The position numbers and the translations under genes were made by a program. The notes beneath the pieces were generated by a model. That model did no database searches, was not told where the DNA came from, and saw only the letters and a list, made by a program, of their open reading frames with translations. Shown here piece after piece: positions 8,000 to 16,059 of a DNA stretch of 32,000 nt (positions are counted from its first letter, which is position 1; each line of letters begins with the position of its first letter). Origin of the DNA: a bacterium (GTDB lineage: Bacteria; Zixibacteria; MSB-5A5; GN15; FEB-12); NCBI GenBank assembly GCA_020444475.1, contig JAHLKV010000005.1, forward strand, positions 299,080 through 331,079, read 5' to 3'.

Positions 8000-10900
8000 A
8001 TGGCAATCTATCAGAATAAAAACGCTAACCAGGTAGTCGTGGCTGGCGACATCTGTCTCGACATTCTGGCCGTCCCCAGACCGCCCCGCAAGCCGACCGA
8101 CAAGGTCGTCGATAACTGGCGTCTCACCGGCGAGATGCGCACGCACCACATGCTCGGAGGGGCCTGCCTGCTCGCGGACTTTGTGGAGTGCGCCATACAA
8201 ACGGCCAGGGATGAGGCTGAAGCCAAGGCTAAGGCCGAAGCTGAGGCTGCAGATAAGGCTGAGACCAAAGAGAAGGAAAAGGGAAAAGAAAGGGAAAAAG
8301 AAAAGGCTGTAATCATCACCGGCCCGGTGAGCAAACCGGTCATCGGATATCCGGACGATTTGGCTGACGTCGGGGGAGCCCAAGATCCGCTATCGAGCGA
8401 CCGTCTGGCCAGGCTGAACCGCAATGAAGTGGTCCATTCCATGCTGGAACTGTGCGAGGAGCCTGACGAAAAGGACAAAAAGAAGAAGATCTGGCGGGTG
8501 AGCCAGGCGCACGGCTTCTCCGGTCCGGACAACGGCAACCCCGTGCTTCGGCCCTGGATCGAGCACGACAACCCGGCGGCCGAACTTGTGATCCTCGACG
8601 ATACCGGCAATTCGTTCCGGAAGGACGAAAGCATGTGGCCGCGGGCGCTATCCACCCCCGGCAGCAAGCCGCTCGTTATCTATAAGCTGCATCGTCCTCT
8701 GCCTGGCTGCTGTGGACCCGCCGATGAGGTAATCGAGAACAAGCTCTGGGATCTGGTTGTGAGAGACCATCACGACCGCTGTGTCGTGGTTATCGACGTC
8801 AACGACCTGCGTGACCAGGGGGCGGTAATCAGCCGCGGACTCTCCTGGGAGAAGACCGCACTTGAGCTGGTCTGGCATCTACGTGGCGATGTTCGGTTCG
8901 CCGCGCTTCGGAATTGCCGCTATCTGATCGTGCGTTTCGGCTTGGACGGGGCGCTACTCTATCAGTATGACGGCAAGAATCCGCTGCCCGACATACAGCT
9001 CATCTATGACCCGAAGGAATCGGAGGACGGGTATCGCGGCAAACGCAAAGCCGGGATGGTGGGGACAGGCAGCGCTTTCACCGCCTGGCTGGCGGTCCAG
9101 TTCAACTCTCGGGTGAAGATGTTGAGTGGGATTTCGGGCGACGAATTGAACAAGAAGAAAACCGGGGCCTTGCTCTGGGCCGTCAAGGAAGGTCTCGCCG
9201 CATCGCGGACCGCCTTTGATGCCGGCTTTGGGGAGGTGTCGGAAGAAGATCCCAAGTACCCCGAACCGGCGCTCGCCGAATTGAAGAAGGCGGCAGGCGG
9301 ATTCAGGAGCATAGCCATTCCCCTGTTCAGGGACGCCTTCGATGCCGATCCGAAAAAGTGGACCGTGCTGGACGCCCTGTTCGCTCCCGGCAGCAGGCTG
9401 GAAGATACCGCGGAGCGGGCCCTCAGAGAGGCCGAAGTCACGGATCTGGACGCGGTTCCGCTCGGAGTCTTCAAAGACCTGCGTACGTACGATCGCTTCG
9501 AGATCGAAGGTTATCGTTCGATTTTCACCATCATGCATGAGTACATTCACAACCCCGGTCCGGAACGACCGCTGTCGATGGCCGTGTTTGGGCCTCCCGG
9601 GTCGGGCAAGTCTTTTGGCATCAAGCAGGTTGCAGAGTTGGTCAGAGGCGACGCCAAGCTGGATGTGCTGACGTTCAATCTCTCCCAGTTCACGGATACA
9701 GAGGAACTTGCCGCCGCGTTTCACCTCGTCCGCGACAGCTCGGTGCGAGGACGCATTCCGCTTGTGTTCTTTGATGAATTCGACACAGGAATGTCAGGTG
9801 AAAAGCTCTTCTGGTTGAAACACTTCCTGGCGCCGATGCAGGACGGCCTGTTCATGGACCGTGGCGCCGCTCACCCGATCGGCAAAGCGATCTTCGTGTT
9901 TGCAGGCGGGATCTATTCGAGCTTTGAGAAGTTCAATATCCAGCCGGAGAAGCCGGCTCAGCCTGGAAAAACGCAGGATCAGCCCCGGGTCGATGAGGCG
10001 GTCAAAGACACAGACCAGAGTCAGACTTCCGTGCAAACTGATGCCGCTGAGCCTCTCATCTATGGGGACTTCAAGGATGCCAAAGGCCCGGACTTTGTCA
10101 GTCGCCTCCGTGCGCTTCTGGACATCACAGGCATTGAACATGTGGGGTTGCCGACGGCCAGTGCACTGTTGCGGAGGGCATCGATTCTGCGCTTCCAACT
10201 GAAGAACAAAGCCAAAGGTGCGTTTGATGTTGACGGGGGTCTCCAGATAGACCCGAGCCTGGCGCGGGCGTTGCTGCAGGTGCCGAGATATCATCACGGT
10301 GTACGCTCGATGGAAGCCATCCTCGACATGAGTCGGATCGGCAGCTGTCGCCACCTCACGCCGTCCTGCCTGCCGCCGCAGGAGCAGATGGACCTTCATG
10401 TCGCATCAGAGGAGTTCTCCAATCTCCTCCGTGCGCCGCTGACATTTGGCAAGACGGACCTCGATATTATCGCCCGAGCTATTCATGAGGACTATCTTGC
10501 ACAACGAAAAAGCGACGGCACCTACGATGCGGCGGAGCCTACCCATAAGCGGTGGGAGGAATTCAATGAACTACTGGAGAAGGACAAGGAGACCATTGAC
10601 TCCAACCGCGAACAGGCGCGCATGATCCCCATCCGCCTGCGATCGATCGGCGCTTATGTGCGCAAGTCGGCCGCTGGCAGGCCGACCGAAGACGTTCCCC
10701 CACTTGCTGAGAAACACATTGAGTCTCTTGCGAAGCAAGAGCATGACCGGTGGATGGCGGAGAAGTTCCGGAAAGGCTGGATCTATGGCAAGCCACGCGA
10801 CAACGACCGTCGCATCCATCCGTGCCTGTTGCCGTGGGATCACGAGGACTTTCCCGAGTTCGAAAAGGATAAGGATCGGCGGACGATTCGCATGATACCG

Positions 10901-11155
10901 TCGTTTCTTGATGCCGCCGGCTGGGAGATCATCCCCCCGGATGAATCGGAGATTGGCAATCCGTCAGCAAAGGCAAAAACGACCAGGGCCGCAGCGGGGG
11001 AAAAGAGGCGCACGGCCGAAAAAACCGCTCGCAAGACCGTGCGGAAGTCAGCGCGAAAAGCAGTGCGCAAGACCTTGCGAAAGACTGGCGCCAAGCCCAC
11101 ACGCCCTCGCCCCAAAAAAGAGGCTTCCAAGGCGAAAAACAAGAGAAGGCCGTGA
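8000..11155 (+). CDS. Multidomain protein: divergent ribokinase/PfkB-like N-domain + AAA+ ATPase + two RyR-type repeats + Lys/Arg-rich tail
   Basis: VVVAGDICLD, LGGACLLA and MVGTGSAFTAWLA are PfkB-signature-like. Walker A GPPGSGKS at 9591-9614. Walker B FFDEFD at 9767-9784. RyR-like segments: IHEDYLAQRK.. and EHDRWMAEKFRKGWIYGKPRDNDRRIHPCLLPWD..EKDKDR (about 10465-10935). Tail: KTARKTVRKSARKAVRKTLRKTGAKPTRPRPKK. Confidence 0.85.
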   Translation: MAIYQNKNANQVVVAGDICLDILAVPRPPRKPTDKVVDNWRLTGEMRTHHMLGGACLLADFVECAIQTARDEAEAKAKAEAEAADKAETKEKEKGKEREKEKAVIITGPVSKPVIGYPDDLADVGGAQDPLSSDRLARLNRNEVVHSMLELCEEPDEKDKKKKIWRVSQAHGFSGPDNGNPVLRPWIEHDNPAAELVILDDTGNSFRKDESMWPRALSTPGSKPLVIYKLHRPLPGCCGPADEVIENKLWDLVVRDHHDRCVVVIDVNDLRDQGAVISRGLSWEKTALELVWHLRGDVRFAALRNCRYLIVRFGLDGALLYQYDGKNPLPDIQLIYDPKESEDGYRGKRKAGMVGTGSAFTAWLAVQFNSRVKMLSGISGDELNKKKTGALLWAVKEGLAASRTAFDAGFGEVSEEDPKYPEPALAELKKAAGGFRSIAIPLFRDAFDADPKKWTVLDALFAPGSRLEDTAERALREAEVTDLDAVPLGVFKDLRTYDRFEIEGYRSIFTIMHEYIHNPGPERPLSMAVFGPPGSGKSFGIKQVAELVRGDAKLDVLTFNLSQFTDTEELAAAFHLVRDSSVRGRIPLVFFDEFDTGMSGEKLFWLKHFLAPMQDGLFMDRGAAHPIGKAIFVFAGGIYSSFEKFNIQPEKPAQPGKTQDQPRVDEAVKDTDQSQTSVQTDAAEPLIYGDFKDAKGPDFVSRLRALLDITGIEHVGLPTASALLRRASILRFQLKNKAKGAFDVDGGLQIDPSLARALLQVPRYHHGVRSMEAILDMSRIGSCRHLTPSCLPPQEQMDLHVASEEFSNLLRAPLTFGKTDLDIIARAIHEDYLAQRKSDGTYDAAEPTHKRWEEFNELLEKDKETIDSNREQARMIPIRLRSIGAYVRKSAAGRPTEDVPPLAEKHIESLAKQEHDRWMAEKFRKGWIYGKPRDNDRRIHPCLLPWDHEDFPEFEKDKDRRTIRMIPSFLDAAGWEIIPPDESEIGNPSAKAKTTRAAAGEKRRTAEKTARKTVRKSARKAVRKTLRKTGAKPTRPRPKKEASKAKNKRRP
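8267..8306 (+). repeat. 40-nt uninterrupted homopurine tract inside a low-complexity coding insert
   Basis: aaagagaaggaaaagggaaaagaaagggaaaaagaaaagg contains only A and G. It encodes part of EAEAKAKAEAEAADKAETKEKEKGKEREKEKA (8211-8310). Confidence 0.9.
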
Positions 11156-11205
11156 TGGTGTCTCGTATCGATGTGAACTAATCGTGAGGCCAGGGAACAG
11201 AGACG

Positions 11206-14200
11206 ATGCCATATGATATCTTTGTCAGTTACTCACGGCGCGATAATAATCGTGGACAGGTATCTCAGCTCATCGGGCAGATTCGTGATGACTGCGAACA
11301 ACTGACCGGTGATGAACTCCGGTGTTTCTTCGATCTGGAAGAAATCCGGAGTATGGATGACTGGCGCCATCGCATTCTCGGCGGACTGCGCGAGTCAAAG
11401 ATCTTCCTGCTGATTCTGTCACCCGCCTATCTTGCCAGCGACTATTGTCAGTGGGAGATTGTCGAGTTCCTCAAATACGAGCACTCACGCGCCGTCCAGG
11501 GACAGGGGGTCGCCCAGATCTATTTCGTTGAAATTCCCGATCTCGATTCCCCGGACTCCCAGCAGGAAGCGACAGAGTGGCTGGCCGGCGTTCGAAGACG
11601 CAACCACATTGACCTGAGACCGTGGTACAATGACGGTGCCGCTGCCCTGGCACAGGATGACGTGCGCGAACGACTGGCCGATCTCGAACGCTCGATCTCA
11701 CACCGACTGACACGGTTAAAGCGTATCGTCAACGCTCCCGGCAACCTGCCGGCCCACAATCCCCGGTTTGTCGGTCGGGAAACGGAAATGGAACGGCTCC
11801 ATAGGGCGGCCGGGCTGGGCCAGTACGGTATCCTCACGGCTGTCCAGGGAGTCGGTGGTCTCGGTAAGACCGCGCTCGCCATACAATACGCCTACGCCTA
11901 CGCCGACTTCTATCCGGGCGGGAGATGGATGATCGGATGTGCCGGGCGGGACGATCTGGCCGGCGCTATTCGGAGCCTTGATGTCGACCTGGGGGTTCAG
12001 TTCACCGACGACGAGAAAACCGATGATACCCGGGCTGCCAGGCGCATCCTGGCCAACATGCGTGAGCGGGCAGAGAAGGGAGCCGCCGAGCGGGCCGCAG
12101 AACCAAACCCGCCCTCGGCGAGAGCGCTGATAATCCTGGACAATGTCGACGCCCCCGACATGCTCCGGCCGCCGCAGATCGATCTGGTCTCCGGTCAGAA
12201 CTGGCTCCACGTGATTGCGACCACCCGGCTTGATCCCGGTGAGACCGGCTGGGACACCGATCGCCACACCCACGTCCCGGTGGATGAGCTTCCCGATGAT
12301 GACGCCCTTCGCCTGATCGAAAGCCATCAGCCTGATGGCCGCTTTCAATCGGAGACGGAGCGCGACGCCGCCCGGGAGATTGTCGGTCTGCTGGGAGGTT
12401 TCACCCTGGCGGTCGAAGTGGTGGCGGTGCATCTCGGTGAGCGGCACGGCCGGCTGAGATGCGCGGATCTGCTGACGAGGCTTCGTCGCGACGGGGTCGA
12501 TGCAATCGCCAAAGAAACGAGGCGTTCGGTCAATCATGTTGAACGGCTGATGTCGGTCACGCTGGCGCCGACTTTGGAGCTGCTCAGTGAGCCTGAACTC
12601 GAGGTGCTCACGACCGCATCGCTCTGCCCGCCTGACAGTGTGGTGCTGCCGTGGTTGCGGGCGGTGGTGGCCGAACGGTATCCGGAGTTGGGACGCGATG
12701 CTGAACCGGGGTATGATGATCCCTGGTCAAGCCTGGTCAACCATCTGATAGGCCTGCGCCTGCTGCAGGTGATTGACTGGGCCGATGACACCATCACGCC
12801 TCGCATCTGCCGCATGCACCGAGTGGTGCTGTCGGCTGTCCGGCAGCGCGCGCAGGAGGAGATGACTGAAAGGAGAGACAGCCTTCTGCGGGTGGCGCTG
12901 GACCGTGCTGGATTCCTGAAGAGAGAGTGGCTTGAGTGGACCAACCGCTGGGAAATTGAACCACTGGCTCAGTTTGCTGAGCACCTGTCGGAAGTGGATT
13001 CTGAGGATGCTTGTAGAATTAACAGACTCGCTGCCTTGTGCTTAGATAAGATTGGTCTTCATCGTGCTGCTGTGCCTATACTGCGGATGGTTTTAGAGTC
13101 GCGCGAGCAGTCACTCGGTTCGGATCATCCAGATACCCTGAGTATCGTGAATGATTTGGCCGCACAACTTGAAAAAAGCGGAGACTATACCTCGGCCGAA
13201 CCTCTTCTCCGACGGGCGCTGGCCGCACGGGAGAGGTTGTTCGGCCCCTATCATCGAGACACACTTACCACTGTCAATAATCTGGCGTTTTTGCTACAAA
13301 TCAAGTGCGATTTCCCCTCGGCCGAGTTACTGTACCGCCGGGCTCTGGCAGGGCGCGAGCAGTCTCTCGGTATTGATGATCCCGACACCTTGACCAGCCT
13401 TAACAATCTTGGTACACTCTTAGTGTCCAAAGGTGACCTTATCTCAGCCGAGCCTCTCCTCTGTCAGGCACTGAATGGACGTGAAAGGACACTTGGTCCT
13501 GAGCATCCAGAAACGCTGGTCGTTGCGAACAATCTGGCCGCCTTGTTCCGGCGCAGAGGTGATCTCGAATCGGCCGAAGCTCTGTATCGGCGTGCGTTTG
13601 AAGGAAGTGAGCGAGCACTCGGTTCTGATCACCCGATGACCCTGTCAAAGGCAAGCAATTTGGCCCTCTTGCTGGAGCGCAAAGGAGACCACAAGGCGGC
13701 CGCGTCCTTGCGTCAGCTAGCGCTGAAGGCAAGCGAGCGAGTACTCGGACCTGATCACCCAGATACTCTCACTTGCGTTAATTGCTTAGCTGATTCGCTG
13801 AAGAACGAGGGAGACGTCGAGTCGGCTCTGACTCTTTCTTGGCGTGTACTCAGAGGGCGTGAGCGAGTGTTAGGACCTGATCATCCTCACACCCTCGACA
13901 GTGCCAGCGCCGTCGCCTTGTTGCTCCAGAGAAAGGGCAGCTACGATCAATCTGAGGACCTAAACCGGCGGGCGTTGGAAGGGCGTGAGCGAGTGCTCGG
14001 TCGTGATCATCCGGATACTCTTACCAGCGTCAACAATCTTGCCTATGTGCTTCAATGCAAAAGGCATTACGACGCGGCCGAGCTACTCTTAAGACGGGGA
14101 TTGGCGGACAGTGAGCGGGTGCTGGGTCCTGATCACGCACATACCCTCACATTCGTTCACAATCTGGCCCATATGTTGCAAAGCAAGGGCGTATATGGGC

Positions 14201-15003
14201 TGGCGGAGTCCTTATATCGGCGCGCGGCGGAAGGACGCGGAAGGGTGCTGGGCGTTGATCATCCGGACACGCTCACCAGCGTCCACAATCTTGCCCATGT
14301 GCTTCAATATAGGGGCGAGCTTGATTCAGCCGAGCCGCTGTACCGGCGGGCGCTGGAAGGAAACGAGCGGGTGCTGGGTCCTGATCATCCGGATACCCAC
14401 ACCGTTGCCCAGAACTTTGCCGGTCTATTGGAGAAGATGGGAAGACACGCAGAGTCAACAGAACTCCGTCGAAAGCGAATCGCGATCCTGGCCGCGAAGC
14501 CTGAGACGCCTCCACTTACGCTTCGCCATCTTGCACTCGACAGTTACAAGGTGGAGGACTATGAGACGGCCGAGGGATTGCTCGTTCGTGTGCTCAATGC
14601 CGATTTCGAAGTACCCGGAACCCGATGCCATCTCGCCCGCGTGTGTCTGATAAACAACAACGATACAGAAGCGGCTCTGCATGCAGAAGAAGCCTGGCGG
14701 CGTGTGGCTGAGGCACCACCGTACATAGTGGGGCGTATTCTCTGGTTCAAGACGCTCTTCGCCTTGCTAAACAGCGCCCCCTCGGATCCGTTCGTAGGCA
14801 GGCTCAAGATGGTCATGCAATCCGACGATGCTCACTTGGGCTGGGACATGGCTCGAGTGCTGGAGCACCTCAAGCCCCGTCTGCCTGCTGACCAGCACGC
14901 CTTTCTCGCTGCCCTCATAGCAGCGTTGAGCGATCAGGCGAATGGTGGCGCGCTCGACCAATTCGAGTGGTGGCGCAACGCAATCCCACAACCTATCACA
15001 TGA
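11206..15003 (+). CDS. TIR - NB-ARC/STAND ATPase - TPR (TPR_10/12, kinesin-light-chain-like) protein
   Basis: N-terminus YDIFVSYSRRD, with SDYCQWEIVEF carrying the TIR Glu at 11455-11457. Walker A GVGGLGKT at 11848-11871. Walker B LIILDNVD at 12127-12150. Eleven LGPDHPDTLTSVNNLA-type 42-aa repeats follow. Confidence 0.95.
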   Translation: MPYDIFVSYSRRDNNRGQVSQLIGQIRDDCEQLTGDELRCFFDLEEIRSMDDWRHRILGGLRESKIFLLILSPAYLASDYCQWEIVEFLKYEHSRAVQGQGVAQIYFVEIPDLDSPDSQQEATEWLAGVRRRNHIDLRPWYNDGAAALAQDDVRERLADLERSISHRLTRLKRIVNAPGNLPAHNPRFVGRETEMERLHRAAGLGQYGILTAVQGVGGLGKTALAIQYAYAYADFYPGGRWMIGCAGRDDLAGAIRSLDVDLGVQFTDDEKTDDTRAARRILANMRERAEKGAAERAAEPNPPSARALIILDNVDAPDMLRPPQIDLVSGQNWLHVIATTRLDPGETGWDTDRHTHVPVDELPDDDALRLIESHQPDGRFQSETERDAAREIVGLLGGFTLAVEVVAVHLGERHGRLRCADLLTRLRRDGVDAIAKETRRSVNHVERLMSVTLAPTLELLSEPELEVLTTASLCPPDSVVLPWLRAVVAERYPELGRDAEPGYDDPWSSLVNHLIGLRLLQVIDWADDTITPRICRMHRVVLSAVRQRAQEEMTERRDSLLRVALDRAGFLKREWLEWTNRWEIEPLAQFAEHLSEVDSEDACRINRLAALCLDKIGLHRAAVPILRMVLESREQSLGSDHPDTLSIVNDLAAQLEKSGDYTSAEPLLRRALAARERLFGPYHRDTLTTVNNLAFLLQIKCDFPSAELLYRRALAGREQSLGIDDPDTLTSLNNLGTLLVSKGDLISAEPLLCQALNGRERTLGPEHPETLVVANNLAALFRRRGDLESAEALYRRAFEGSERALGSDHPMTLSKASNLALLLERKGDHKAAASLRQLALKASERVLGPDHPDTLTCVNCLADSLKNEGDVESALTLSWRVLRGRERVLGPDHPHTLDSASAVALLLQRKGSYDQSEDLNRRALEGRERVLGRDHPDTLTSVNNLAYVLQCKRHYDAAELLLRRGLADSERVLGPDHAHTLTFVHNLAHMLQSKGVYGLAESLYRRAAEGRGRVLGVDHPDTLTSVHNLAHVLQYRGELDSAEPLYRRALEGNERVLGPDHPDTHTVAQNFAGLLEKMGRHAESTELRRKRIAILAAKPETPPLTLRHLALDSYKVEDYETAEGLLVRVLNADFEVPGTRCHLARVCLINNNDTEAALHAEEAWRRVAEAPPYIVGRILWFKTLFALLNSAPSDPFVGRLKMVMQSDDAHLGWDMARVLEHLKPRLPADQHAFLAALIAALSDQANGGALDQFEWWRNAIPQPIT
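13114..14499 (+). repeat. 11 tandem in-frame 126-bp (42-aa) coding repeats, including a younger 252-bp two-unit duplication
   Basis: Units are in register from L637. Units 8 (13996) and 10 (14248) match at roughly 80-85% over their first ~60 nt by eye. Units 9 and 11 both open with gtgctgggtcctgatca. Confidence 0.85.
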
Positions 15004-15135
15004 GGATGTGACCTGGTGTCTGGCACTGCCATTCGAGCGTCCGGAAGAGTGCGGAGGATAGTTGGAGAACAATGAAACTGATTGCCCATAGTCCGAACAA
15101 TGTCCTTTGTCGTTCAAATACGGGGGAACCTCGCT

Positions 15136-15648
15136 ATGACTGAAGACGTACAGGTCGATCCGCATGGTCTTAGAGAGTTGCTCGACAATTACCTGTCCAG
15201 AGCAGAGGCCGCCTGGCCAGGCGGGCAGGCGGCTGACTGGGCTCGCGAGTTTCTCCGGCGTTTCAAGTTAGACCGCGCCGACGAAGTGTGCCTTCTGGGA
15301 GCCGCATGCATGAGGGAGTCATTGACCGACGGCAAACGTCACAGTACTGCAGTCGCAAACTCTGATATATTTGTGTCGATTTCCACTTTTCCCTGTGGAC
15401 TGGAGGAGGCGCGCACAGCCTACTTCGCAAACGGCTATTTCGATTACCTGAACTCGATTCTGCGCGTTGCATTGACGGATAATCCCCGAAACCACTTCGT
15501 CCACATACTATTCTTCTGTGACCGAAAGAACTGTTGGGCGCAATTCACATTATTTCCCAATAGAGATAATCTGGGCTTTGATCCCCTGTATAGTCTTCCG
15601 GATGAACTATTGAGTGAATCGGAGAGACGCCAGGTGGGTCTCGCTTAA
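15136..15648 (+). CDS. Hypothetical protein (no recognisable motif)
   Basis: ORF ending at TAA15646-15648. GGGGGA lies 8 nt before ATG15136. ATG15100 and the track's 15082 are alternative starts. Confidence 0.5.
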   Translation: MTEDVQVDPHGLRELLDNYLSRAEAAWPGGQAADWAREFLRRFKLDRADEVCLLGAACMRESLTDGKRHSTAVANSDIFVSISTFPCGLEEARTAYFANGYFDYLNSILRVALTDNPRNHFVHILFFCDRKNCWAQFTLFPNRDNLGFDPLYSLPDELLSESERRQVGLA

Positions 15649-15735
15649 CTCAGACGGGGAGATGCGTCTCCTGGCATCGCCAGTTGAAAATGCTCTTGGA
15701 TTGGAAATTTGTATCCGCGGGGGGGGTAGATTGCC

Positions 15736-16059
15736 TCACTCCCCTCGGCGCCAGCGGCGCCAATCGGCGGCATGCTTCTTGATCCAGTCCATTGCCGCCG
15801 AGTCACCAACATCCATACCTGCCTTCTCGGACTCGATCCACTTATGCTTCTCTATCTCGCGCCATTGTTCGGTCAGTTCCTTGCGTAGCCGTTCATGCCG
15901 CCACTTCGAAGCGTGATGCACCAGCCAGTGGGCGATGGCGTAGGCCATCCCCACGTCGCGACCGGCCTCCTTTGACAGAAAGTACTTGTGTGTCTCGATT
16001 GCCTTCCGTTCCTCGCGGGTGAGTTCATCTTCCGAGTATTGATCGATCCTGTCACACAT
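15736..16059 (-). CDS. Small (107-aa) helical protein with an internal tandem duplication
   Basis: It has two copies of one motif: ETHKYFLSKEAGRDVGMAYAIAHWLVHHASKWR and EKHKWIESEKAGMDVGDSAAMDWIKKHAADWR. ATG16059 overlaps the upstream stop by 8 nt (ATGTGTGA), so it is preferred over the track's 16140 start. Confidence 0.65.
   Translation of the reverse strand: MCDRIDQYSEDELTREERKAIETHKYFLSKEAGRDVGMAYAIAHWLVHHASKWRHERLRKELTEQWREIEKHKWIESEKAGMDVGDSAAMDWIKKHAADWRRWRRGE

Noticed and set aside
8011-9724. Minus-strand ORFs of 218 aa, 256 aa and 156 aa
   Set aside because: They are antisense to the PfkB-like/AAA+ gene and rich in Ser, Arg and Pro. They are shadow ORFs.
11716-12944. Minus-strand ORFs of 273 aa and 136 aa
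   Set aside because: They are antisense to the NB-ARC region of the TIR-STAND gene and carry no motifs. They are shadow ORFs.
15021-15036. TGGCACTGCCATTCGA upstream of the 15136 ORF, considered as a sigma54 promoter
   Set aside because: The -24 half is good, but the -12 reads TTCG, with the invariant GC inverted to CG. It is a near-miss only.
15658-15671. GGAGA-TGCG-TCTCC hairpin between the convergent genes, considered as a bidirectional terminator
   Set aside because: The stem is only 5 bp and there is no U-tract on either strand.
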